From: Felis catus | Taxonomy: Eukaryota | Assembly (NCBI RefSeq): GCF_018350175.1 | Contig: NC_058368.1 | Span: forward strand, 154,444,001-154,508,000 | Reading direction: 5' to 3' | Length of the DNA: 64,000 bases | In this document: positions 40,220 to 52,176 of the stretch, one piece after another | Numbering within the stretch: the first letter of the stretch is position 1 | How the letters are laid out: every line of letters starts with the position of its first letter | Position numbers and translations under genes: made by a program | Notes under the pieces: generated by a model | Told to the model about the DNA's origin: nothing | The model's database searches: none | The model's input: the letters and a program-made list of their open reading frames with translations, nothing else

Positions 40220-40271
<52 letters not shown>

Positions 40272-40330
40272 GTATGTATATGTATATATATATGTATGTA
40301 TATATATATATGTATACATACATACATACA
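39910..40330. repeat. Compound (TG)/(CA)/(TA)n microsatellite containing a templated insertion at 40008-40224
   Basis: TA/TATG tracts at ~39950-40007 and 40222-40330 flank copies of 37537-37569 and 38046-38135. Confidence 0.92.
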
Positions 40331-41239
40331 CTAATTACAGAGTTAGGTAATAGCAATAATAATCAATGAGAAATTCTAGAAAATTTGTACTTATCTATAA
40401 CAATACATAATGTTAATAAGTGAATTAAATTCTAGGGGAATGGTCATTTGATTTGAAGGATCACTAGGATTTCTTGTGGCTACTAACTGCTTATTTGATG
40501 CTGTAGCTGTTCATATTGCTTTGATAGGGTTGCTGCATACCAATGATTTCTATCTGGACAATTATTTCTAAGCACTCAATGTTGCCATCACATTATTTCA
40601 AATAGTTCTTTGGTGTGTTCTAGAAGACATCTACTGGCCACTATGTTATCCTTCTTCAGCTTTAACAATCTTGTGTCTTCTGTCATGACTCACCAAGTTT
40701 TTGAATACCAGGTACTTGTTCTACAAGTATAGACTAAATGTTACAGGTTCAATTTTCTCCTTGTAGTTAAGAACGAGAATTGCTGCTTAGACCAAAAAGT
40801 ACCTCAGCTATTACATTAAGCCTAAGTGGCTTATTTAATAGATTGTAGGTCTGCTAGGATCATCTTTTCTCTACCTTTTATAGGTACAGTTATAGCACCT
40901 AAGAAACACTAAAAGAGCAGAGGAATGTGTCATAAATTTGTAATAGTGACCTATTCTTTTTTGCAATGTCCTGATCTCATATAATAAATTGTTCTCCTTA
41001 TAAAATTATAAAACCTAAACTAATTTCTTAATTTCTGGATTCTATTGTATCCAGTGCCACACAGTGTAGCAATCAAGTATTTCTAATCTTTGTAAGGTAT
41101 TTCTGTCATTTCGAAGACAAATTTTATATATAAATATTTAATATATTACTTTCTTAAATCAGCACAGAGTCAGGCAGTAGAAGATACCATACTCAAGAAA
41201 AGGCTGTTGTTATTTGCCACTTTGATGAAAGTACTGAAA

Positions 41240-41675
41240 CATATTGATTTACCTAATTGTCATAACAACCCAATGAGACAAATAAGATCTGTCTCACTGG
41301 GTTGTTATGACAATTAAGTCCACTTTATAGATGTGGTAACTGAGGGATGGAGAGGTTAGGTAACTTACACAAGGTCACAATTCAATGAGGGGAGGAGTCA
41401 TGATTAAAAAGCAGTTATCTGGGGGGCACCTGGGTGGCTCAGTCGGTTAAGGGTCTGACTCTTGATTTCAGCTCAGGTCATGATTTCACGGTTCATGAGA
41501 TTGAACCCTGTGTAAGGCTCTGTGCTGAGAGTGTGGAGCCTGCTTGGGGTTCTCTCTCTCCCCTTCTCTCTGCCCCTCCCCTGCTCATGCTCTCTCTCAA
41601 AATAAATAAATAAAGATTAAAGAAGCAAAACAAAACAGTTGTCTGACTACAAAGGTCATGATCTTAACCATTATA
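41240..41675 (-). mobile_element. MIR containing an inverted duplication and split by a SINE
   Basis: cataacaacccaatgag...cactttatagatgtggtaactgaggg...gagaggttaggtaacttacacaaggtcac; resumes after the SINE as ctgactacaaaggtcatgatcttaacca. Confidence 0.75.
41421..41630 (+). mobile_element. Can-SINE nested in MIR
   Basis: ggggcacctgggtggctcagtcggttaag; TSD aaagcagttatctg / aaaacagttgtctg. Confidence 0.95.
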
Positions 41676-42299
41676 AGTACCACATATATTCCCATAATAG
41701 GTGATATATCATCCATGTGTTTCAATATTAATCTCCCCTTTTTATATCTTTAATACTGATTATGCTGATTTGATATACATTATGAATATGCTTGAAAGCA
41801 TAATGAAAATACACACCCAGAGAAATTAACTAGTATTCATGAGATGACTTCACTAAATTAAAATGAATTTTTGAAGCAAATCCCTTATTTTTCAGTTTGT
41901 GTCACAGTACCATCAGAGATAGCTCTGATCCCACTTGGTGTAAGTACTGTCTATAGTCCCTATACTTGGAGACCTTCGCTTTATAGTGTAAATGATAATC
42001 AGAATATTTGGGGAACAATGAAATCTCAAAAAACATATGTAACAGGCTGAATTTGTAGGTCAAGCCTATCTTTATAAAGCTTTAAGTTGATCAGAAATGT
42101 AATAACTAAAAGCATAGGGCCTGAAAAATGGGCACTCGTGACTTGGATTTGAGATTTTATCTTCATGCAGAAAAAGCTTGGTGGAGCAGGTGAGCAGATG
42201 AAACTGACTTAAACTATATCCTCAGTGAAATAGAGATATTATTTTCCTTAATAATGCTCTAAGATTGAAGTGTGTGTGTATATAAATTATATATATTAA

Positions 42300-42498
42300 C
42301 ATATATTAAAATGTTTATTTTGAGGTAGAGAAAGAGTGCAAGCAGAGGAGGGGCAGAGAAGGAGAAAGAGAATCTCAAGCAGGCTCCAGGTAGTCAGCAC
42401 AGAGCCTGATGTGGTCTCTATCTCATGGACCATGAGATTATGACCTGAGCTGAAATCAAGAGTCAGACACTCAAGTGACTGAGCCACTTAGGATCCCC
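42300..42498 (-). mobile_element. Can-SINE
   Basis: aatctcaagcaggctcc...tgacctgagctgaaatcaagagtcagac...ctgagccacttaggatcccc. Confidence 0.93.
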
Positions 42499-42579
42499 AG
42501 ATTAAAGTATATTTTAGGTAATAATATTACAGTGACACCATTATTATTTTGGTCAGTATTGGGCAAATATATCTTTAAA

Positions 42580-42797
42580 AACTTATTATTTATTTTTTTA
42601 TTTTAGAGTGAAAGAGATAAGTGCTATTGAGGAAGAGGGGCAGAAGGAGAGACAGAGATAATTCCAAGCAGGCTCCATGCTAAGCAGGCTCCATGCTAAG
42701 CATGGAGCGCAACTGAGGACTTGATTCCATGGCCCTGGGATGATGACCAGAGCCAAAATTGAGAGTCCAATGTTCAACTAAGCCTCCCAGGCACGCC
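42580..42797 (-). mobile_element. Can-SINE (older) with a 16-bp internal tandem duplication
   Basis: aagcaggctccatgct repeated twice; gcctcccaggcacgcc head. Confidence 0.88.
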
Positions 42798-42883
42798 AGG
42801 CCAATGTATCTTTTTTATCCCCTTGCTTTCAAATATTCTGTCATGATATTTTAGTTACACTCCCATAAGTAGTATAAGGCTTT

Positions 42884-43387
42884 TGTGGGAAGAATGATGG
42901 CCCCAAATATATCTACATCCTAATCTCAGTAGTCTGTGAATGTTACCTTGTATGGCAAAAAAAACTTAACATGTGATTGAGGTTATAGACCTCAATGAGG
43001 CAATTACTATGGATTACTTAAGTGGCCCAATTTAATCAAGCATTTTTCTTAGAAGAAGGCAAACATTTTTGGCTATGACCAGAGAGAGATACATCCATGA
43101 AAAAAAGGTCAGAGTTGCAACATGAAAAGGACTTAACCATCAGTGATTTTGAAAATGGCGAGAGGGGTCATGAACCAAGAAATATAGGAAGACTCTAAAG
43201 TTACAAAAGGCAGTAAAATCTCCTAGAGTCTATAGAAAACAATTACCATAGACTTCAGATACCTTGATTTTAGCCTAGTAAGACTTGTGTTGGACTTATG
43301 ACTAATAGAACTGTTAATATAACAGAACTGTATTGTTTTAAGGCACTTAACTTGTGGTTATTGTAGCAGTGATGGTAAATGAATATA
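42884..43387 (+). mobile_element. MLT1D-like MaLR solo LTR
   Basis: tgtgggaagaatgatggcccc...tgtgaatgttaccttgtatggcaaaa...accttgattttagcc...ttgttttaaggcact...tgtagcagtgatggtaaatgaata. Confidence 0.85.
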
Positions 43388-43462
43388 TAGTTCTATTTTC
43401 TACTTCATCTGACAATTTGTTTTTAACTGAAATATTTAATCTATGTTAATTATAAAAATGTC

Positions 43463-43668
43463 TTTTTAACGTTTATTTATTTTGAGAGGGAGAGAGACAG
43501 AGAAGGAGCAGGGGAGGGGCAGAGAATGAAGGAGAGAGCGAATTCTAAGCAGGCTGTGCACTGTCAACACAGAGCTGTACTTGGGTGTCAATCTCACCAA
43601 CTGTGAGATCATGACCTGAGCTGAAAACAGGAGCTGGATGGTCAACCAACTGAACCACTCAGTGTCCC
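43463..43668 (-). mobile_element. Can-SINE
   Basis: ttttaacgtttatttattttgagag...gagatcatgacctgagctgaa...ccactcagtgtccc. Confidence 0.93.
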
Positions 43669-44782
43669 TAAATACTTATTTTTAATAAAAAAAATATTAG
43701 CCATATAATTTAAATTATATATTATCTATACATACATACATACATACATGTATTTGTTTTGAAGGTGTTTTTTGTTTCTTTGTTGTTGGTTTTGCTGCAA
43801 AAGTTAATAAACCATGATCTAGGTAACATTAGGTATACTTTTTTAAAAACTAATTTAGCTTTATTGAGGTATAATTGACATATACAATTGTAATTTTTTA
43901 TTTATCTTCTTACATATTTATTTTTCAAGCATATTTTGATCTTCATATACCAACTTATTTTCTTATTTGTTTTTGTATTTTTGTGATTCTTTCCTGACTT
44001 CAGCTGGTTTTATTAAGTTTTTAATTTAATTGCCTTTCTTCCCTTCTACTAGACAGAATTTATATGTTCTATTTTTTTCATATTAATTATTTTTAAGTCA
44101 AATTAATCTTGTATCTTTATCTTAATCTGAAACAATCGAAATAAAATATTTTTGCACTAATCAACTTAAACCTATTATCCAGGTTGTTATTTTATAGTGT
44201 TTTAAGTTCTATTATCCTTTAAAATATCCTCCATATTATTTATTATTGTCATTCTGATTATAATAGAGTTACTGTTTATTTTTTTCCATAGGCTTAGCAT
44301 TTTTCTCCTATAACTATTTCTCTCAGCTCACTCTTTCCTTTTAGATTTGATTTCCTTATTACCTAAGCCTATTCTTCAGTAATTCCAGTGTGTGTTCACC
44401 AGACAAATCAACTAAACACAAAGTAAAGCAGTAATGGAGGAAATGAGAAACAACACAGGTACAGGATATTATGGGAAAAAATAACAAAATTTCAATGGAA
44501 TGTCCTTCCTTATCAGTAATTACATTAAATATGAATGTATTAAACTTTGAAATCAAAAAGCACTAGTTGGCAGAATGGATTTTTAAAAATCCAATTTAGA
44601 AAAAACAGAGCCCCCAGTACATGCAGTAAATACTGACTGAACTGAAGAGAGAAATAAATAGTTCTACACTAATGGTTGGAGATTTCAATACATCACCTTA
44701 ATAAAGGATAGAACACCTAGGTAACACCTTAATATGGAAACATAGGACATGAACAACATTATAAGACAACTAGACTTAGCAG

Positions 44783-44831
<49 letters not shown>

Positions 44832-44947
44832 AACACCACAATCAATAAGAGTGGAATAACATCATTATAGAGTACACATGGAGCACTCCTTAGGAATGAA
44901 CATGTTAGACAACAAAACAAACGTTAAATTTAAAAAGATTAAACTCA

Positions 44948-45049
44948 GGGCACCTGGCTGGCTCAGCCAGTAGAGTGTGTGACTTTTGATCTCAGAATTT
45001 TACGTTCAGGTCCCATGTTGGGTATAGAGATTACTTAAAAATAAAATCA
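44948..45049 (+). mobile_element. Short tRNA-derived Can-SINE (no CT-rich region) with perfect TSD
   Basis: gggcacctggctggctcagccagtagagtgtgtgacttttgatctc...gggtatagagattacttaaaa; TSD ttaaaaagattaaactca at 44930-44947 and 45050-45067. Confidence 0.9.
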
Positions 45050-45336
45050 TTAAAAAGATTAAACTCATATGAAATATTTTCTTTCACCACAATGGAATGA
45101 GCTACAAATGATAACAGAAGGAAAACTGGAAAGTCAACAAACATACAGAAACTAAACGACACCCTCCTTAAGAACAAATGGATCAAAGAAGAAACCATAA
45201 GAGAAATCATAACATACTTTAAGACTAATGAAAATAACAATACAATGTATCAAAACTTAGAAAATCCAGCAAAGTATCACTTAGGGAAATATATGGTTGT
45301 CAACATCCACATTCTAAAAGAAGAAAAGAAAAAAGA

Positions 45337-45584
45337 AAAGAGGCAAACCATAATAGACTCTTAAATACAGAGAACAAACAGGGTAATTAGACAGGAAGTG
45401 GATAGATGGAAAGTTGCTAGACAGGAGATGGGCTAAATGGGTGATGGGCTTTAGGGATGACACATGTTGGGATGATCACTGGGTGTTGCAAGTAAGTGAT
45501 GAATCACTAAATTCTACTCCTGAAACCAATACCACACTGTATGTTAACTAACTTGAATTTAAATAAATTAATTAAAAATAAAGA
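45337..45584 (+). mobile_element. Younger carnivore L1 3' end nested in the older L1
   Basis: gactcttaaatacagagaacaaac...gtaagtgatgaatcactaaattctactcctgaaacc...aactaacttgaatttaaa; TSD aagaaaagaaaaaaga at 45321-45336 and 45585-45600. Confidence 0.88.
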
Positions 45585-48119
45585 AAGAAAAGAAAAAAGA
45601 GCTCAAGTCAATAGCCTAACGTTAACAATAACATAAATATTGAGGTTTTAGAAAACTAAACCCAAACCTAGCAGAAAGAAGAAAATAATAAAGACTAAAG
45701 ACAAATGAATTAGGGAATAGAAAAACAATAGGAAACAAATTCAATAAAACCAAATGATGTTCCTTTGAAAAGATTTAAAAAAACACAAAATTTATCTAGA
45801 CTGACAAGAAAAAAAGAGAGAAGATGAACATAACTAAAGTCAGAAATGAAAGTAAGGACATTATTATCAACTTTACAAAAACATCAAAGGTTAGAGACTA
45901 TTATGAATAATTATATGCCAACAAATTAGGTAATCAAGACGAAATAAACCAATTCCAGAAACACACAAGCTACCTAAAGTGATTCAAGAAAAAATAGAAC
46001 ATCTAAACAGACCTGTAACAAGAGATTATATCAGTATGCAAAAACCTCGCATGAAAAAAAGTCCGGGATCAGATGACTTCAGTGGTGCATTCTATCAAAC
46101 ATTTAAGGAAGAATTGATACCAATCCTTCTCACGTTCTTCCAACAATAGAAGAGAGAACACTTCCTAATTTAATCTATGAGGCCCACATTTCCTTGAAAC
46201 CAGAGCCAGATAAAAATATCACACAAAAATAAATTCACGGAATAACCTTTATGAATATAAATGTAAAACTTCTCCACAAAACAAACCAATTCCAAAAGCA
46301 TATAAAAGGAGTCACACATCATGACTGAATGAAATTATCCAAGGAATGAAAAGGTAGTTCAACATAAGAAAATCAATCAATACACTACTTTTATAGAATG
46401 AGGGAAAAATTATGATTATAACAAAGGATGCAGAAAAGGCATGTGACAAAATCCAACACCCTTTCATGACTAAAGGAAGAAGAGACTAGGAATTGGAGGG
46501 AATTTTCTTCATATGATAAACCCATTTATGAAAAACCCACATGTAACAATACACTCAGTGGTGAAAGACTGAAATCTTTCTAAGAGGATCAGGAACAAGA
46601 CAGGACACCTGTTTTCACCACTCCTATTACATGTATTCCTGGGAGTTATAGCTAGAACTGTTAGTCAAGAAAAGGAAACAAAAGGTATCCAAATTGCAAA
46701 GAAAAAAGTAAATCTATCTCTATTCACAGATGAAAAGATCCTACATAAAAGAAAAAACAAAACAAAGAATCCATAAGAAGCTACTAAAATTAATAAGTGA
46801 ATTTATCAAAGTTACAGATTATAAGATTGACACACAAAACTTGGTTGCAATCACTAACAATTAACAGTCCAGAAGAAAAATTAAAAATCAATCTTACTTA
46901 AATAGCATACAAAAGAATAAATACCTAAGAATTAAGTTTACCAAGAAGGTGAAATTCTTGATACTGAAACCTACAAAGTATTAGTGGAAAAAAAAATAAA
47001 GTAGCCCAAGTAAATGGAAAAACATCACATATTCAGAAATCCTGGATAATAATGTTAAGATGTTGATACAACTCAATGTAATCTACACATTCAACACAAC
47101 TCATAAAAATTCCAATAGTCCTTTTTGCAGAAATAGAAAATCTGACCCTCAAAATCATGTGCAGTTTCAAAGTACCCTGAATAGTCAAAACATTCTTGAA
47201 AAAGAAGAACAAAGTTAGAGGACTCATTCTTTTTAATTTCAAAACTTACTACAAAGCTACAGCAATCAAAACATTGTGGAACTGTCATAAGGAGAGATAT
47301 ATAGACCAGCAGAAGAGGAGTTGGAGTTCATTAAATAAACCAATGTATCTATGGCCAGGTGATTTTGGCAAAGATACCAAGTCCATTCAAAAAGTAGAGA
47401 ACAGCACCTTTAACAAATGGTGTTCCAACAGCTAGAGAGCTGGATTTTAATACGTCAAAAAAAAAAAAAAAAAAAAAAAGCTGGACTCCTACTTAATCGC
47501 ATATGCAAAAATTAACTCAATATCGACAAATGGCCTAACATAAGGTCTAAAACTATAAAACTCTTAGAAAAAAGTCTTATGAGCAAATCTTCATGTCCTT
47601 TGATTTGGCAACTGATTCTTAGATATGACACCAAAAGCATGAGCAACAAACAAGAAATAGAAAAACTGGACTCCACCATAATTAAACACTGTTCATCAAA
47701 AAACATTATGAAGCAAATGAAAAAGCAACCTGCAGAATGGGATAAAATTATCAAAAGTTAGATATCTAATAAGGATTAATGCCCAAAATATATTTTAAAA
47801 CTTCCTACAACTCAGTAACAAAAATAAAATAACTCAATTAAAAATGAGCAAAAGACTTTCATAGATATTTCTTCAAAAATATATATACAAGTGGCCAATT
47901 ATCACATGAAAAGATGCTTGACATCATTAGTCATTAGGGAAATATGAATCAAAACCACAATGAGATACCATTTCATATCTGCTTTTGTTATACTTGTATA
48001 TTTATTAACATATGGTCTTTATTACTTTCACTTATTCAATGTTTACTGAGCATGTACTGAATGGCAAATCATGTGATGGCAATTTTCATATCTTATACCT
48101 CATTAAGAAGAAACTGAGA

Positions 48120-48300
48120 GGGGGCGCTTGGTGGCTCTGGTGGTTGAGCCATCAACTCTTGGTTTTGGCTCATCATGATCTCCCAGTTCATGAGTTCCAG
48201 TTCCATATGGGGCTCTGGAGTGACAGTGCAGAGCCTACTTGGGATTCTGTCTCTTCCCCTCCCCTGCTTGTTCGTTCTCTCTCTCCCAAAACAAATAAAT
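48120..48300 (+). mobile_element. Can-SINE (first of tandem pair)
   Basis: gggggcgcttggtggctctggtggttgagc...gggattctgtctc. Confidence 0.88.
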
Positions 48301-48330
48301 TTTCTTTGTTATATTTCCTTTTTAAATAAA

Positions 48331-48567
48331 GGCACCTGGGTGGCTCAGTCGGTTAAGTGTATGACTCTGTTCGGCTTAGGTCATGTTCTCACAGCTTTTT
48401 GGTTTCCAGCCCAGCATTGGGCTCCGTGCTGGCGGCATGGAGCCTGTTTGGGATTCTCTCTCTCCTCCTCTCTCTCTCTCTCTCTCTGCCCCTCCCCCAC
48501 TCACACTGTGTCTCTCTTAAAATAAATAAATAAATACATAAATAAATAAATAAAAACTTTAAAAAAA
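48331..48567 (+). mobile_element. Can-SINE (second of tandem pair)
   Basis: ggcacctgggtggctcagtcggttaag...(CT)n...(AAAT)n tail. Confidence 0.92.
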
Positions 48568-49050
48568 GAAGAAGAAAGTGTGAGATATATATTTAAAACT
48601 TGATTTCTTACAAAATAGCAAAACCCCAATTTTGGCTGTATTTTTATTTTCTCTCTGGGTTTCATGAGGGTAGACAGGTTCAAAAGCTGCCATATAGATT
48701 CATGTATGAGGACTAAGTCATTTGGGCAAAAATATTCAAGATGAGTTTCAGATATCTGACATTTTCAAAATTTTGTTCAGAATGACAAGAAGAATTCAAA
48801 TATCTCATACAGATTTGTATTATTTGCAATGTTCTCTGTGGAATTTAAGGCACTTTAAATGTCCCCATAGAAATAGGTTTTGTGTGTTCTCAAAAGATAC
48901 AGAGATTAAGTTAGTCACCATCAATACTTACACATAGAGAACAGAGTCCAGACAAATGATTTCTAGTTTAGTTTTCTACTCACATAATAAGATGTATCAC
49001 TGAGTCAGAACTCATTCAAAAATAAGAAGTTTAATTCTAGAAAGAACTTT

Positions 49051-49272
49051 ATTTTCTTTTTCTTTTTTTTTTTTACTGTTTATTTTTGAGAGGGAGAGAG
49101 AGGGAGAGAGAGGTAGGTAGGTTTAAGAGCAGAGATGGGGGGTTACACAGGATCCAAAGCAGGCTCTGTGTTGAGAGCAGAAAGCCCGAGGCAGGGCTTG
49201 AATTCATGAACTGTGATATCATGGCCTTAGTCAAAGATGGACGCTCAAGTGGCTGAACTACCCTGGCACCCC
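49051..49272 (-). mobile_element. Can-SINE
   Basis: T-tail, gatccaaagcaggctctgtg...ccctggcacccc; TSD gaaagaactt on both sides. Confidence 0.9.
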
Positions 49273-49438
49273 TGGAAAGAACTTGAGAAAACATAATTCC
49301 TCCTTCTGTTTAACGGATGAGGAAGCACAGATTCTAAAAGGGCAGGGTCAGATTAGAGCAGCTGCCTCCTGAGGGCAGAATGAGGACTCTAAGGCTGAAT
49401 GTAGGAAACATGTCTGATTTACCACTCTTCAATTATTT

Positions 49439-49648
49439 TTTTTATTAGTTTTCTTTATTTTTGAGAGGCAGAGAGAGACAGAGAGCGAGTGGGGGAAGGG
49501 TAGAGAGAGAGGGAGACACAGAATCCGAAGTAGGCTCCAGGCTCTGAGCTGTCAGCATAGACCCAATGTAGGCCCGAACTCAGAAACCGTGAGATCATGA
49601 CCAGAGCTGAAGTTGGATGCTCAACTGACTGAGCCACCCAGGAGCCCC
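49439..49648 (-). mobile_element. Can-SINE (SINEC_Fc2-like)
   Basis: gaatccgaagtaggctccaggctctgagctgtcagc; TSD cactcttcaattattt / cacccttcaattattt. Confidence 0.94.
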
Positions 49649-50298
49649 CACCCTTCAATTATTTGTATGACATCCCTGTGAACGAAAGAAAGAAAGACAC
49701 AGCAAAGTTAAATGGGGTAGGAGTACCATAAGAAATCTATGATCATTTTTTATAGGACCACAGCCTCATGTAAAGTCTTCTCTGAGCCACAGGAGGTACA
49801 TTCAAAGAAACATTAATATTTTTAACCATTTAGAACATTTTTTATATCATGCTTTGTTATTTCTAACAAAGACTACGGATGCATCAGGTGTCTCCTTGGT
49901 TTTCTTAAGGGCAACTCAAATTCCTGGATTTAGGTTTCTCTGGTTTTCCTTATCATTGGCACAATATTAAGTTGAGTGTGCAGGGTAAAAATACTAAGTA
50001 AGCTTTTGTGGTAATTTTAAGTCAAATAATGCTAAGTTATTTCTTTAGTGTTATTCTAATAGTTACATGAAAGATGGGGAACTAGGTCTTGACACATTGT
50101 TCTGACTTCACACAATCACACAGTGTGGATCTGGGGGATGGTTTTAAAGTGAAGAATCTCCTTGTGACAGCTAAATGCCAGGGCTGTGGTTTTGAAAATA
50201 TAAAACCATTATTTTTTTTTCTTTATCCCCTTCCCCGCTATTTTATCTTCTGCTTCTCCTGCCCAATTTACAAGATTCTAGGCTTCGAAGACAGTGAG

Positions 50299-50338
<40 letters not shown>
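50299..50338. repeat. Pure poly(A) run, 40 nt
   Basis: Direct reading. Confidence 0.9.
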
Positions 50339-50339
<1 letters not shown>

Positions 50340-52176
50340 GGCCTCAATGAGCACTGATTTTCATTATTCATATTTCTTAAGGCAAAAATTAGCTGGCACA
50401 ATTGCATGGTGACTATAGCAAGAGGTGAATAAATAGACATAGTCAGATTTTTAAAAAATGTGTGGCCATCTCGAATAATATTATTTTGCATAGATTTTTT
50501 TTTTCAAGGTGGAGGCTAAAAGCGCCAACTGAGGAGAGAAGATTTTCAGTGTCAGTGAAGTTAAAACATGTCAGCAGCAGTTTCTTCTGCGAATATTGTC
50601 TCACATGAAAGAAAGGATGGATTGAATTCATATCTGAAACAAGACAAGATTTTCCATCTGACCTCATTATGTGTTTCTCTGGAGTGCATCCCTGGGTTTC
50701 TGCCGCAACTGAAATGTGTTGTGTGGCAACCAAATATAAAATAGCTCAGTACTACCGTAACTGACGTATCTTAATAAGATGGGGTATTTATTGTTTTGCC
50801 ACAGTCATCTCTTAACTCTAAAAGTCATAATAATGTGCTCGATCCCTTTGTTAAAGCAATCCCCTTAAGTGAAGGCATGTACTAATGAAAGGGTTTATGC
50901 TGCACGGCTGGAAGCGAAGATAAAGTAGCATTACTGTAGATCACAGGGATTTATATTGAGAATTTTTTATGGAAAGATTTTTAGAAACTCGGCCGTTGTA
51001 TCCTTATAAATAATTAAACATACAAATTATCATTGTTACAGTACAGCCAGTTTGCTTTTTCTGTGAGCTTGGTAATCGATTCAAGAACATATTGCTTTAA
51101 AGGGATTTATACATTTTTCACTGTTGCTGATCATACTAGAAAATTATTCAGAGATCAGTAATAATAGAAAACTTTCCCCTAGATTAACCTTGCAATACAA
51201 AGAGATTTCCTATATGGTGCTATGTAGTAAAGAATGCTGTCTTGTTTGTTCAGTATTATTTGTGCAAAGGCTTATTTGTATATATGTGTGTATGTATTTG
51301 CATTTTTCATACTAATGGATAAAGCAGCATGTCATTGTTTATATTATTGCTGTGTGTATATACATGTATACATATATATATATATTTACATATATATATA
51401 CACATTATGATTTTGTTTTTCAAAATATAATCAATGTAGGAAAAATTCTACAACTCCCAAATCTACCACTATTAAAACATGCTTCCATACCCTCTGAGTC
51501 ATTCCATAAGTTAATTATCATTATTACCTAAAAATAAATCACTGGCATCAAACTACTGAAAAGAAATCATTACATACATTCATCTGGTTATAGATAACAG
51601 ATTCAGATATAAAGTCCATATAGTGAGTTGCACTATTTGGTGAAATTAATATCAATCTATATTTATTTATATGTAATAATTCGACATAGTTTTAATTTTT
51701 AGTTGCTATAGCAACTCATTGTCACATCAAAGTTCCTATACTGTATGTGTCTTAAAACAACAAATACCAAACTCTACAACCTAATACATAGGTTAATTTG
51801 GACAAGTTTTGAGTATGTAATGAACTCATTTGGTCAATATGTTCAATATAGACTATAAAAATTTCTGACACACAGTGAAAATTAAATTTACTGAGGACAA
51901 TTAATCTTTTGTGAATAAAGGCCATGTGATCTGTGACAATTCACTTTTTATGAAAAGAAATATTGGACATTATTAACAAATGGACATTTATGAAATGCAC
52001 ATTGCATTCCAGGTATTTGCTCAATGCTGGGAATGCAGAGATTCATTTAAGTTTCCTCCATTCAAGATGTCACCCATCAAATACTGAAGTTTCTACCTAG
52101 TGTGGAACAGTTGTGAGAAACTAAATTAAAATTTATATATGCAATAGTCCACCTTCTAAAAATGCTGTTTAACATC

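Larger units (their letters stand above)
44400..47985 (+). mobile_element. Degenerate LINE-1 (ORF2 EN, RT and C-terminal region) hosting a (CA)n, a short SINE and a younger L1 3' end
   Basis: tcagtaattacattaaatatgaat (EN start SVITLN); ccgggatcagatgacttcagtggtgcattctatcaaaca; ctattcacagatgaaaag (degenerate FADD); ORF 47196-47435 KKKNKVRGLILFNFKTYYKATAIKTLW. Confidence 0.92.

Noticed and set aside
40008..40224. CRISPR-like repeat-spacer array
   Set aside because: Mammalian context, irregular units, and all parts trace to nearby unique DNA; treated as a templated insertion
44948..45049. tRNA gene
   Set aside because: Degenerate B box, A-tail and TSD show it is a tRNA-derived SINE
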